Below, one piece after another: positions 28,107 to 38,364 of a stretch of 64,000 bases of DNA. The stretch's first letter is position 1, and each line of letters begins with the position of its first letter. Source of the stretch: Candidatus Hydrogenedentota bacterium (GTDB taxonomy: Bacteria > Hydrogenedentota > Hydrogenedentia > Hydrogenedentales > SLHB01); assembly GCA_963745075.1 (NCBI GenBank), contig CAVUWV010000014.1:128001-192000 (forward strand), given 5' to 3'. The notes beneath the pieces were generated by a model, which worked only from the letters and a program-made list of their open reading frames with translations, made no database searches and had not been told where the DNA came from. Both the position numbers and the translations under genes were made by a program.

Positions 28107-30425
28107 TTAGTTGAGCGGGAGCGGAGATGTCTCGGTCGCGTTGGCCTCCACGGTTTCCTGGTTCGCTGTCTGGTGGGGAAACTCGTTCATCGTTAATACC
28201 GCGATCAACCAGGCAACCGTTGACTCGGCGCCCTGGTTCAGATTTGCTCCATCGGTATGCAGTCCATCCCTGCACCCGCCCGTATGGTAGTCGTAGAGCT
28301 GCGCGTTGATATCGTTGCTGCCCAAGAACCATTTCAGAAACCGATTCGCCCGTTCCAGCCATCGTTCATCCCGAGAGTACCGATAGGCTTCTGCGCACGC
28401 TTGGACGAGCCCCATGGCATCGATGGGTTGCTGGTCGAACCGGGCGCGCGCGCCGTCGCGGGTCAGCCACCCATTGTTCCCAATCAGACTCGCCGTCCCG
28501 TCATCGCGCAGTTGCATCTTGCAAAGCCACTCCAGGCTGCGCAGTCCAGCCTCGAGCATCCCTTGATGGGGAATCCACTGGCCGCTGAGGATCAGCGCGT
28601 GCGGAATCTTGGCGTTGTCGTAGGTGACGATATCCTCACACCACGGCCACGCATTGTCCGCGTTCCGTTCGAATAGTTCGTAGAGGCGCTCCGACAGCGT
28701 CGCCCGCAACCGCCTCGCGAAGGTATCGCCATCAAATCGGCGTAGATGAGCGTGAATGCCAATGACGGCCGAAGCCCAGGCGCGCGGCGAACTCATGTCC
28801 TCCAGCGCTTCGAGCCCTTGGTTAAACAAGCGCGTCGTGAATGACATAACCGTATCGTCCGGCGCCAAGTCCGTCGAGATTCCCAGCGCCCGAATGGCGC
28901 GCGCGTGACACTCTTCACTGCCCATGCCGTCGAGCCATTGCCTATCGAAACTCATGAAGTTGCGGAAGCGTTTCGTTGCAGAATCGAACGCGTGATACAG
29001 AAACGCCAGATAGGTCTGTGCCAGGGGCAGCACCGAATCGTCCTTGAAAAAATGGTGGTGCAGCATCACGGCAATCAACGCGCGGGCGTTGTCGTCCGTG
29101 CAGTATCCATGGCCGCGATCCGGGATCGCGCAAATCGCGTGCTGCACTATCCCCGTATCGTCGGTTAAGGTTCGCAGGTGATCCAGGACAACGTCGGGAA
29201 CGGCAAGTGTCTCCACTTTCTTGCCAGGATGAATCGCGAACGAACGGGGCTTGTGCCTCCGCTCGGCAAAGATGCCCGTGGCCAACTCGAAATAGCTGCG
29301 CCCCACCTCGCTCCAAACCATGGAACGTCCGAACATATAGGCGCGCTTCCGAATGGCGTTTCGCTCCCGATCGTCCGCCAGTAGTTCGCGAACAACCCCC
29401 GCCAGACGTTTGCCGTCCTTGAATGGAATCAGCTTGCCCCGGCCCGCCGAAAGCATCTCCTCGGCATACCAAAACGGGGTGGATACCACCGCTTTCCCTG
29501 CGCCCATGGCGTACGCCAGGGTTCCCGACGTTATCTGGGCCTTGTTCAGATACGGTGTCAAGTAAAGGTCCGCAGCGCCGATGTAGCCGCACAACTCTTC
29601 CAGGGTGACGAACCGGGTATGAAACACTACGTGGTCGCGAACGCCGACACGTTCGGCGAGACGCTCCAACGAGTCCCGGTACGCGTTCCCTTCCCGTTTG
29701 TATATATGCGGGTGGGTAGCGCCGAGTACGACATACACGACGTTTGGATGCGTTTCAAGAATGGCGGGTAATGCTTCGATGACGTATTCGGCCCCTTTGC
29801 CGGGCGACAACAACCCGAATGTAAGCAGGACCGTGCGGCCGTCGAGGCCGAATTGATCCTTGTAGAACGCCGGATCGACAAAGGGAACATCGGGGATTCC
29901 GTGGGGGATCAGTGCGATCTTCTCTGGAGGAATCTTGTACGTACGTTCAAGGATGGCGACCGCCATCTTGCTCATGACCACGAGGCGATCGCTCAGCCGG
30001 GACAATTCTTGAACGATCTTGGCCTGACCGGTTGATGGTTCCATCAGTACCGTGTGAAGCGTCGTAATAATCGGCATTCGAAGCCGGGACATTAAGTCCA
30101 GGATATAGGCTCCGTCTGCGCCTCCGAAGATGCCATACTCATGCTGGATGATGGCGATATCCACCTGATTGATATTAAGCACATCGGCGGCGATGAGGTA
30201 GTCTCGTTTCTGAAACGCACCGATTTGAAATCGCACTTCTTCGGGGTACGGATACCCTTCAGGCGTATCGTCCATCGCCAACACCAGCGTTTGACATCCG
30301 GCCGAACCCATCGCGAGTGAATCGCGCAGGTCTTTGGTGAACGTGCCTATGCCGCAACGCCGCGGCACGTACGAACCGAGTAAAGCGATCGTTTTGATTT
30401 CGTGCATATGCCTTTTTCCAACCAT
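28107..30425 (-). CDS. GT4 glycosyltransferase fused to C-terminal six-hairpin-like domain
   Basis: PRRCGIGTFT, QHEYGIFGG, TSGTLAYA; C-terminal GYCTDDNAR, FDQQP, NQGAES. Confidence 0.92.
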   Translation of the reverse strand: MVGKRHMHEIKTIALLGSYVPRRCGIGTFTKDLRDSLAMGSAGCQTLVLAMDDTPEGYPYPEEVRFQIGAFQKRDYLIAADVLNINQVDIAIIQHEYGIFGGADGAYILDLMSRLRMPIITTLHTVLMEPSTGQAKIVQELSRLSDRLVVMSKMAVAILERTYKIPPEKIALIPHGIPDVPFVDPAFYKDQFGLDGRTVLLTFGLLSPGKGAEYVIEALPAILETHPNVVYVVLGATHPHIYKREGNAYRDSLERLAERVGVRDHVVFHTRFVTLEELCGYIGAADLYLTPYLNKAQITSGTLAYAMGAGKAVVSTPFWYAEEMLSAGRGKLIPFKDGKRLAGVVRELLADDRERNAIRKRAYMFGRSMVWSEVGRSYFELATGIFAERRHKPRSFAIHPGKKVETLAVPDVVLDHLRTLTDDTGIVQHAICAIPDRGHGYCTDDNARALIAVMLHHHFFKDDSVLPLAQTYLAFLYHAFDSATKRFRNFMSFDRQWLDGMGSEECHARAIRALGISTDLAPDDTVMSFTTRLFNQGLEALEDMSSPRAWASAVIGIHAHLRRFDGDTFARRLRATLSERLYELFERNADNAWPWCEDIVTYDNAKIPHALILSGQWIPHQGMLEAGLRSLEWLCKMQLRDDGTASLIGNNGWLTRDGARARFDQQPIDAMGLVQACAEAYRYSRDERWLERANRFLKWFLGSNDINAQLYDYHTGGCRDGLHTDGANLNQGAESTVAWLIAVLTMNEFPHQTANQETVEANATETSPLPLN

Positions 30426-30535
30426 CTACATTCCCTTCGTCTCTATCGTCGAATCGGTTGACGGGCGGCGCGGTCCGGCTCTGCAAATCGACCCGCGCGC
30501 CTGGCGCCGGGGGTTTATGCGCCCGAGTTCGTCAA

Positions 30536-31417
30536 TCAAAATTCGTCGATGCTTCCTTCAAAAAACATCAAGCTACCCCGGATGGTCCGGTGCTCTCCCG
30601 GTTCCAAGTCGGGGAAATGCGGATCCGCGTGCATACAGGGATGATTCCCGTTCGAGACCATCGACAGCGTGTCGTCAAACCACGTCATCGCAACCAGCCG
30701 CTCGGCCTCGTTTGACGTGGTGATCATGATCGGCAGGTCCGCTTTCCCGTTGTGGGAACGCCACCCTACACCGTAAGGGCCTTGATCGGAAGGGCATTCC
30801 GACGCCTCATCATAAGACAGCCAGCCCTTCCCGGGTACGTGGACATACTTGTTGTCCCGCGTGTAATCCGCGAACTCCTTCGCTGCACGGAGAAAGGCGC
30901 AGGTTTGGAGCGTGATGTTGCGCAACGGCGAATCGCTGCCGTTGCGAATGTGCAATTCGAGATCGGCGGTGGTGTCAGAACCCTTGGTCACCTTCCCGCC
31001 AAAAGCGACGCCATCGGACAACTCCCGCTCGTAACCGATGCCGCCGTCCACCGGTTCCCAAACTACCTTCGGCCAGTTTTCGTATACTGCCGGGGCCGCA
31101 GGATTCACATGACTCAAGAAGATCAACCCGCGATCCGTGAAGATCGCTTCCGGGAAATCCAGCCAGATATAGTCCTGGCTCGGCCACGCCGGACTCACCC
31201 ACGCAATATGTTCCCAGGTGTAATGGGGCCGCCACTGCCCCGGCAGAATACGAATGCCTTTGGCAGTCGTCGCGTAGGTTTCCTCAGCCGCGCGTGCAGT
31301 ACTCCCGTTCAGACCCGCCGCTGCAAGTCCGAGCGTAGCCATACCGGCAGCCCTGCAGAAGAATGAGCGGCGACTGAATGTGTTTTGAAGTAATGGATTC
31401 TGGTCGCGCATGACCAT
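30536..31417 (-). CDS. Tat-exported hypothetical protein
   Basis: GAAGGAG SD; SRRSFF, hydrophobic stretch, ARA cleavage site. Confidence 0.8.
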   Translation of the reverse strand: MVMRDQNPLLQNTFSRRSFFCRAAGMATLGLAAAGLNGSTARAAEETYATTAKGIRILPGQWRPHYTWEHIAWVSPAWPSQDYIWLDFPEAIFTDRGLIFLSHVNPAAPAVYENWPKVVWEPVDGGIGYERELSDGVAFGGKVTKGSDTTADLELHIRNGSDSPLRNITLQTCAFLRAAKEFADYTRDNKYVHVPGKGWLSYDEASECPSDQGPYGVGWRSHNGKADLPIMITTSNEAERLVAMTWFDDTLSMVSNGNHPCMHADPHFPDLEPGEHRTIRGSLMFFEGSIDEF

Positions 31418-31519
31418 GGCTCCTTCAATCTTGCCGGAATTGTTATGATTCTTTTGGACTCCCGATGGCTCCATAGTAGTCGAATCCGCGCACAACCGAA
31501 AACTGGGGCGTGGCTGCCG

Positions 31520-31564
31520 GTCCATCGCGTTCATGTGGTCCACCGTGTCCATACGGTCCATCTC
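31520..31564. repeat. Five 9-bp periodic GTCCAY-NNN units
   Basis: GTCCATCGC GTTCATGTG GTCCACCGT GTCCATACG GTCCATCTC, intergenic. Confidence 0.7.
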
Positions 31565-31639
31565 CAGTCCCGGAATTGAAAGGCCAACCTACCGATGGTA
31601 CTCTCCGCCGTGCGGTAGCAAAGGCAAAGGCGCAGCGGA

Positions 31640-32926
31640 ATGATGATCCGAGTACGTGCGGCAAATCGCAGAATTCCCTTGGCTGTATTCCTGGTCCTGT
31701 TCATCGCGACTGGGTGCGGTGGTCCCGCATCCAAATCGGGCGAACTGATCTATTGGCGAACCCTCACCGGCGCCGCGGGAGACGCCCAGGACGAACTGGT
31801 TCACCGCTTTAACGAAACCCACCCCGACCATCCGGTACGCGCCGAATTTCAGGGCAGTTACGGCGACCTGGCCACCAAACTCGTCGCCGCCACCGTTGCG
31901 AACGCCGGTCCCCAGGTCACGCAACTCGGAACCTTCGAGATACGCCAGTTCGCTACCTCGGGGGTGTTGCTCGATTTGGGCCCCTTCCTGAACGGTCCCG
32001 ACCGGATCGACACGTCCGGCTGGCCTCCCGACCTTGCGAACGCGGGGCGGGTTGACGGTGGCACCTATTGGCTCCCCTTCAACGTCGCCGTGCCGGTCCT
32101 GTACTACAACCAGGAAGCCTTTGCCGATGCGGGTCTTGACGGTCCACCCAAAACCTGGACGGAATTTTTCGACTACGCGCGAAAGCTGACGAAGCGCGCG
32201 CCGGATGGCACGGTCGACCGCTACGGGCTCGCCCTCTGGAACATTACATGGCCGATTCTTTCCATGGTCTGGTCGGACGGCGGCGAACTCACCAATGCCG
32301 ACTATTCGAACATTACCTTGAACGACCCCGTCGTGGTCCGTGTACTGACGGAACTCCAGTCCCTCGTTCGCGAAGGCGCAGCCGTGTTTCCCGACAAGGC
32401 TTCAGGCGGTCACCGGGCGGCCTTTCTTTCCGGTCGCGCGGCGATAATTCTCGATTCGCAAGATGCCTTCAGCGAAGTCTTCGACCAGTCCGTCGGCTTT
32501 ACGCCCGGCCTCGCGAACTATCCTGCCGGCGCCAAAGGAAAAGTCTACGCCCCGGGAGGTGGGGGACTCACCATACTCGCCAACACCAGCGAAGCGCAAC
32601 GTCCCGCCGCATGGGACTTCGTGAGGTTCATGCTTTCCCCCGAAAGCATCGCATACTACGCCCGCGAAAGTGGCTATCTTGCATTCACCAAAGAATCACG
32701 AGATGCCGCCGGCGACTTGCTCGACGATCCCCGCTACGCCATCATCCACGCCGCGTTGCCCTACCTGCGCGGCGACTTTTCCGTTAATATGTCTCCCGCG
32801 GTCCGCACCGCATTTGACGAAGCGTTCCAGCAAATTTTGGTCGAGGACACCGACGTACAAGCCACGCTGGATACGGCCGACGCCAAAGCCGAGCGAGAAG
32901 TTCGCGAAGAGGTAATCGCGCCTTGA
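31640..32926 (+). CDS. ABC transporter substrate-binding lipoprotein (CUT1, UgpB-like)
   Basis: Lipobox IATGC, FQGSY, LYYN..F..AGL..PPKTW, SGYL. Confidence 0.9.
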   Translation: MMIRVRAANRRIPLAVFLVLFIATGCGGPASKSGELIYWRTLTGAAGDAQDELVHRFNETHPDHPVRAEFQGSYGDLATKLVAATVANAGPQVTQLGTFEIRQFATSGVLLDLGPFLNGPDRIDTSGWPPDLANAGRVDGGTYWLPFNVAVPVLYYNQEAFADAGLDGPPKTWTEFFDYARKLTKRAPDGTVDRYGLALWNITWPILSMVWSDGGELTNADYSNITLNDPVVVRVLTELQSLVREGAAVFPDKASGGHRAAFLSGRAAIILDSQDAFSEVFDQSVGFTPGLANYPAGAKGKVYAPGGGGLTILANTSEAQRPAAWDFVRFMLSPESIAYYARESGYLAFTKESRDAAGDLLDDPRYAIIHAALPYLRGDFSVNMSPAVRTAFDEAFQQILVEDTDVQATLDTADAKAEREVREEVIAP

Positions 32927-32968
32927 CCGAAGTACGTCTGTGCGATCAGATTAGAGGTTCCGATTCGT

Positions 32969-33889
32969 TTGATTTCATCTCACCGACAGCGCATTGCGCG
33001 AACGTTTCGCCGGAATTGGCGTGAGTGGTTGACCTTTCTCGCGTTCGTCGCGCCGAATCTTGTTCTGTTTGCTGCATTCACGTACTGGCCCATCGTTCAT
33101 ACCTTTCTGTTGAGTTTCACCAAATGGAACCTGCTCGCGCCCGAATCCGAGTGGTGCGGGCTGCGGAATTACATTGATCTGCTGACCGACCCCACGTTCT
33201 GGCGGGTCACGATGAACACGCTTGCATATGCCGTCGTCGTGGTCGGTGTCGCACAGACCTGCGCCTTCCTCCTGGCGATTCTCCTGGATTATCCGCTGCG
33301 GGGCCGGTCGATCTTTCGTACGGTCGCCTTCCTGCCGCACGTTACCGCCACGGCCGCTGCGGCCTTGGTCTGGGTCGTCGTCCTGCATCCGCAGTTTGGG
33401 CCCCTTGCCACGCTCTATAACGCGGCCGGCGTCCAAGGCCCTAACCTTTTGTCCGACGCGTCGCTCGCGCTGGTGGCCCTGATGATTGTTGGGACTTGGA
33501 GAGAAATCGGGTTCGCGTCCCTCTTCTTCCTCGCGGGACTTCAAAGTCTTCCCACCGAATGCTACGAATCCGCCGCTATCGACGGGGCGCGGCCCTGGAC
33601 CCGCTTGCGGCACATCACGTTGCCCCTGATGAGCCCGGTGGTCTTTTTCCTGCTTGTCTCGGGGTTCATTGCGGCGATCAAAGCCTTCGACGTGGTGGCC
33701 ATCATGACCGAGGGGGGCCCCGTGTATCCGTCTTCCAGTGTCTACGTTTACCACCTGTACAAATTGGCCTTCCGCGACTACCGCGCCGGAATGGCCTCCG
33801 CTTTCGCCATGATCTTTTTCGCCGCCACCGTGCTGGTAACCGCCATCCAGTTCCGGGCCGCCGCCCGCTGGGTGCACTACGAGAACTGA
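32969..33889 (+). CDS. Carbohydrate ABC permease (UgpA-like)
   Basis: EAA loop YESAAIDGA, GLRNY, TEGGP. Confidence 0.92.
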   Translation: MISSHRQRIARTFRRNWREWLTFLAFVAPNLVLFAAFTYWPIVHTFLLSFTKWNLLAPESEWCGLRNYIDLLTDPTFWRVTMNTLAYAVVVVGVAQTCAFLLAILLDYPLRGRSIFRTVAFLPHVTATAAAALVWVVVLHPQFGPLATLYNAAGVQGPNLLSDASLALVALMIVGTWREIGFASLFFLAGLQSLPTECYESAAIDGARPWTRLRHITLPLMSPVVFFLLVSGFIAAIKAFDVVAIMTEGGPVYPSSSVYVYHLYKLAFRDYRAGMASAFAMIFFAATVLVTAIQFRAAARWVHYEN

Positions 33890-33934
33890 TCGATCGTGTT
33901 GGCGTCACATGAGAAAGGACGACGCGGCTTTGCG

Positions 33935-34748
33935 ATGACCGTCAAATACGTTGGAGTCGTGCTCGCCACCGGTATACTTGGCCTGCCATTTTTCTGGACG
34001 GTCATGACGTCGCTGAAAGTCGAATGCGGAACTGAGTGCGTACCCACCGTCCTGGCTGCCCGACGCGTTCGCTTGGGGGAACTATGTCAAGGCATGGCGG
34101 GCCGCGCCCTTCGGCTGGTTCTACGTAAACAGCATCGTCACGGGTTTGGCGACAACCGCGCTGCAAATCGCATTCGCCTCGCTTATGGCCTATGCCTTTG
34201 CGTGCATCCGATTCCCCGGGAAACAACTCCTCCTGCTCCTGGTCTTGGCCACCATGATGATTCCGGACGAAATGAAGCTCGTACCGAACTACTTGCTGCT
34301 GAATAAGTTTGGGTGGATTGACACCTACTGGGCCCTGATCGTGCCGCCTATTGCCTATGCGTTCCCTGTATTCGTGCTCTACCAACAGTTCCGCACAATT
34401 CCCCGCGCCCTGCTGGATGCCGCCAAGGTGGACGGCGCCAGCCATTTTCGCATCGTGTGGCAGGTCGTACTCCCCGTGAGCCGGCCGGTCCTGATCGCAG
34501 TTACCCTGGTGTCTTTCCTAGGCCGCTGGAACGATTATCTCTGGCCTTTGGTCGTCACCAACTCGGCCCGGATGCGTACTCTCCCGATCGGATTGGCCTA
34601 CCTCAAGAAGCAGGCGGAGGAGGGCACAACCCCTTGGAATCAAATGATGGCAGCCGCCATTTTCGTTGTCATTCCGATCGTAATTCTGTACAGTATATTG
34701 CAGAAGCAGTTTGTTGCTGGCATCACCAAAGGTGCCGTGAAGGGGTAG
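33935..34748 (+). CDS. Carbohydrate ABC permease (UgpE-like) with +1 frameshift at 34016-34018
   Basis: PFFWTVMTSLK continues as SNAELSAYPPSWLP..NY after removing one A; DAAKVDGA, WNDYLWP, GAVKG. Confidence 0.88.
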
Positions 34749-34783
34749 GTTCCCATTGGAACGGCAGGAAGGGGAAGTACGCC

Positions 34784-35359
34784 GTGTACGGCATGAGATT
34801 CTTCAAAGGGTTCATCGGGGCGCCCAATCGCGTGGGTTCGATCGTACCCAGTTCCCGCGAACTCGCGACGGTTGTTGTTCAAGCAGCTAAGGTCCCCGAG
34901 GCCAAGGTGGTCGTCGAATTCGGCCCCGGAACCGGTGCAATCACCGAGCAGATTCTTCCCTTCCTTCAGCCAGGCGCAACGTTTTTCGGCATGGAGATCA
35001 ATCCGGACTTTGTCAAAGTCTTGAAAAAACGCTTCCCCGCAGTCCAGGTATTCGAAGATTCTGCCGCAAATACACCCGGGTACCTGGCCCAACTCGGCGA
35101 AACCCACTGCGACAGCATCGTGTCCGGGCTTCCCTGGACCGTCTTTAACGATCGGCTGCAGGATGAACTGCTGGACGCGATTGTCGCGTCCCTCCGGCCC
35201 GGTGGTACTTTCGCAACCTATACGTATATTCACAGCACGGCAGTGCCTTCCGGGAAGAAATTCCGGAAAAAACTCAAACGCCGGTTCAGCCAGGTCGGCG
35301 AAACCGGCATTGTCTGGAAGAATGTGCCCCCCGCCATGGTCCTGTGGGCGCAGAAGTAG
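34784..35359 (+). CDS. Phospholipid N-methyltransferase-like protein (PmtA type)
   Basis: [37 protein letters not shown]. Confidence 0.82.
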   Translation: MYGMRFFKGFIGAPNRVGSIVPSSRELATVVVQAAKVPEAKVVVEFGPGTGAITEQILPFLQPGATFFGMEINPDFVKVLKKRFPAVQVFEDSAANTPGYLAQLGETHCDSIVSGLPWTVFNDRLQDELLDAIVASLRPGGTFATYTYIHSTAVPSGKKFRKKLKRRFSQVGETGIVWKNVPPAMVLWAQK

Positions 35360-35405
35360 CCGGAACCGTTTCCGAATTCCTTCACAATTCAAAGGGGCGA
35401 ACGGT

Positions 35406-36053
35406 ATGTCCAAGAAAGCGTTGATGGTATGGGGCGGCTGGGAAGGCCACGAACCCCTGCCGTGCGTCGAACGTTTTGTTCCGGTGCTCGAGCGGGAAGG
35501 CTTCGCCGTCGAAGTCTCCAACAGTCTGGATTCCTTCCTGGATGCCGAAGGTCTGGCCGGACTGAACCTTATCGTTCCCTGTTGGACCATGGGTACACTC
35601 ACTTCAGATCAAATCAAGGGCCTGATGAGCGCCGTTCGCGGCGGGGTCGGTTTGGCCGGCTGGCACGGCGGTATGTGTGACGCTTTCCGGGACGATGTGG
35701 ACTACCAGTTCATGACCGGCGGACAGTTCGTCGCACACCCCGGCGACATCATCGACTACACAGTTAACATCACCGCCCCCGCCGATCCCGTCGTTGCGGG
35801 GCTGCGTGATTTCAAAATGCATTCCGAGCAATACTACATGCACGTCGACCCGTCGAACGAAGTCCTGGCCACGACGGTCATTTCCGGGATCAACGCGCCA
35901 TGGACGAAAGGCTGCATCATGCCCGTCGTGTGGAAGCGATCCTTTGGCGACGGCCGCGTGTTCTATTCATCCCTGGGTCATGTTGCGGCGGATTTTGACG
36001 TTCCGGAATGCTTCGACATCATGTGGCGCGGTATGCTTTGGGCGAGCAAGTAG
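35406..36053 (+). CDS. ThuA-like domain protein
   Basis: [31 protein letters not shown]. Confidence 0.9.
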   Translation: MSKKALMVWGGWEGHEPLPCVERFVPVLEREGFAVEVSNSLDSFLDAEGLAGLNLIVPCWTMGTLTSDQIKGLMSAVRGGVGLAGWHGGMCDAFRDDVDYQFMTGGQFVAHPGDIIDYTVNITAPADPVVAGLRDFKMHSEQYYMHVDPSNEVLATTVISGINAPWTKGCIMPVVWKRSFGDGRVFYSSLGHVAADFDVPECFDIMWRGMLWASK

Positions 36054-36066
36054 GAGGAAGTAACCG

Positions 36067-37170
36067 TTGGAACCCGTAAAGTGCGGCGTCATCGGGTGCG
36101 GAAACATTTGCGACATCTACTTTCAAGGCGGAAAGCGCTTCGAGAGCATCGAGATCGTCGCGTGTGCCGATCTCATCAAGGAACGGGCCAAGACGAAGGC
36201 GAAGGAACACAACATTCCCCGGGCGCTACCGGTTGACAAATTGCTCAGCGACCCCGAGATCGAGATTGTCATTAACCTCACCCTGCCGGACGCCCACGGC
36301 GACCTCGCCATCGCCGCCCTTCAAGCGGGCAAGTCCATTTACAACGAGAAACCCCTGGCGGTGACCCGCGAACAGGCCCGTCAAATGCTCGACTTGGCCA
36401 AAGAAAAGGGGCTTCGCGTTGGCTGCGCGCCCGATACGTTCCTGGGCGCGTCGATCCAAACCTGCCGCAAGATTATCGATGACGGGTGGATCGGCGAGCC
36501 TGTCGCCGCTACCGCCTTCATGATGGAACACGGCCACGAGCATTGGCACCCGAATCCAAGTTTCTTTTATCAAGCGGGCGCCGGTCCCATGTTCGATATG
36601 GGACCTTATTACCTTACGGCGTTGTGTTCGCTGATAGGCCCTATTCGTCGCGTCGCCGCGTCCACACGCATTGTTTTTCCCGAGCGGCTCGTCACGAGTC
36701 AGCCCAATCGCGGATCGCGCATCAAAGTCACAACCCCGACCCACCTCGCCGGTATCGTTGACTTTCATAACAAAGCTATCGGGACAATGATCGTCAGCTT
36801 TGACGTGTGGGGACACCATCTCCCGCACATTGAAATCCACGGTACCGAAGGTTCCATGTCGGTTCCCGACCCCAATTGTTTCGGCGGTATCATCACCGTG
36901 AAACGTGGCAGGGAAGGGGAGTGGAAGGAAATGCCCTACACGCACGGCTACTCGGAGAACAGCCGGGGATTGGGCGTGGCCGACATGGCCTATGCCTTAC
37001 GCTCCGGACGGCCGCATCGCGCCAGCGGGGACCTGGCCTACCACGTCCTCGATGTCATGCACTGCTTCGATGAGTCGTCGATCACGGGGCAACATGTGGA
37101 AACGGAACAACCGTGTCCTCGTCCCACGCCGCTGCCCATCGGTCTGTTGGACGGTACGCTCGATCCGTAA
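36067..37170 (+). CDS. Gfo/Idh/MocA oxidoreductase
   Basis: [24 protein letters not shown]. Confidence 0.94.
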   Translation: MEPVKCGVIGCGNICDIYFQGGKRFESIEIVACADLIKERAKTKAKEHNIPRALPVDKLLSDPEIEIVINLTLPDAHGDLAIAALQAGKSIYNEKPLAVTREQARQMLDLAKEKGLRVGCAPDTFLGASIQTCRKIIDDGWIGEPVAATAFMMEHGHEHWHPNPSFFYQAGAGPMFDMGPYYLTALCSLIGPIRRVAASTRIVFPERLVTSQPNRGSRIKVTTPTHLAGIVDFHNKAIGTMIVSFDVWGHHLPHIEIHGTEGSMSVPDPNCFGGIITVKRGREGEWKEMPYTHGYSENSRGLGVADMAYALRSGRPHRASGDLAYHVLDVMHCFDESSITGQHVETEQPCPRPTPLPIGLLDGTLDP

Positions 37171-37456
37171 ATGCGTCGCCCGATGACGTCACCAGCGTCG
37201 GCCTTCCAGCGGATGTCCCCTTCGTCTCAATTCCTTGCGACGGTACCGGTGCCGGATCGACCGGGGGCCTTGGTGAGGGCGACATTGCGTCCATGATGAA
37301 ACCGAGCAGCAGAAGCAGCGCCGCGAGGATAAACGCTCCGGCAATCAATCCGATGAACATAAACCGTAATCGCCGTTCCCGCGCGTGGTCAACATTGTAA
37401 GGGTTGGCGTCGGCAGAAATCGGGGCTGCGCCACTTTCCGGCAACTTCTCGTCCAT
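37082..37456 (-). CDS. Hypothetical single-TM protein
   Basis: AAAGGAG SD, one strong TM; 3' end overlaps the oxidoreductase by 89 bp. Confidence 0.55.
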   Translation of the reverse strand: MDEKLPESGAAPISADANPYNVDHARERRLRFMFIGLIAGAFILAALLLLLGFIMDAMSPSPRPPVDPAPVPSQGIETKGTSAGRPTLVTSSGDAFTDRAYRPTDRWAAAWDEDTVVPFPHVAP

Positions 37457-37481
37457 ACTTCTCCTTTACGACGTGGCGCGA

Positions 37482-38093
37482 TCAGATTCGTTTCCGAATG
37501 CGAATGAAACCGGAAACCACTCTCGTCAGTAGCAACCCGATGCAAATCCATAACACGGCGTTCAAGGATCCGGGAAGCCAGTAGGATTCAACCAAAACCC
37601 ATGCATACACTAAAAAGCGTGGCCGGAACAACCAGGAATAGGGGACATCGAGAAAATTCCGCGCCATGGCGAACAAGACGACCACCGTGTACGTCACGAT
37701 ATAGAGCGCCCCGGAGAACATTCCCGCGTCGCCTGTGTACATCAGGGTCAACGTTGACGCGGCAATCACGGTCTGGTCCGCCATGCTGTCCGTGAACGAC
37801 CCACTGCGCGATGCTACGCCCAAATGGCGGGCCAACGGCCCATCGAGCCCATCCAGCACCACATGAAGCGCCAGCGCCGCCAACGCCCACGGTACGGAAT
37901 AGAAATACAACAGACAAAACGCCAACCCGGCGATCAATGACAACACCGTCAAATGATCCGGCCGCAAACCAGTCTTCGACATCAGCCGCAATGCTGGTCC
38001 AAACGCCTCGCCGCGCATGCGCTGCGTGTACTCCATCCAACGCCGTTCGCCCCCGGAATAGCAGTCGGCTTTCTGATCTTTACTCGATGCCAT
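37482..38093 (-). CDS. CDP-alcohol phosphatidyltransferase family
   Basis: DGLDGPLAR..G.FTD..AD signature. Confidence 0.9.
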   Translation of the reverse strand: MASSKDQKADCYSGGERRWMEYTQRMRGEAFGPALRLMSKTGLRPDHLTVLSLIAGLAFCLLYFYSVPWALAALALHVVLDGLDGPLARHLGVASRSGSFTDSMADQTVIAASTLTLMYTGDAGMFSGALYIVTYTVVVLFAMARNFLDVPYSWLFRPRFLVYAWVLVESYWLPGSLNAVLWICIGLLLTRVVSGFIRIRKRI

Positions 38094-38364
38094 CACTTGT
38101 CCCCGGTCACGCGCCACTATACGGTCTGGTGTAAATCGCGCGCAAACTGATCGCACCCTAGGCACCGGCACTGAATCGCGTAGGATACATCTTACTAGGA
38201 CGCTTCGGAAGGTCGCCCGGGCTTCAAGAAGCTGGAAAGCCATCCACTCAAATGGTTCAGCGGTGAAAACTAGACGGTCGGCACTTAGTCCGGGGTATAG
38301 GTCCTCGCCACCATTGGAGTCCACCACAACCGCTTCGGCATTGTTGGGTCCTCCTTGGCTTCGT

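Noticed and set aside
35406..37170. ThuA + Gfo/Idh/MocA as a novel pathway
   Set aside because: Common pairing linked to 3-keto-glycoside metabolism; nothing unusual here
38094..38327. Upstream extension of the CDP-alcohol transferase, or a gene remnant
   Set aside because: No supportable motif; a better start exists at 38093
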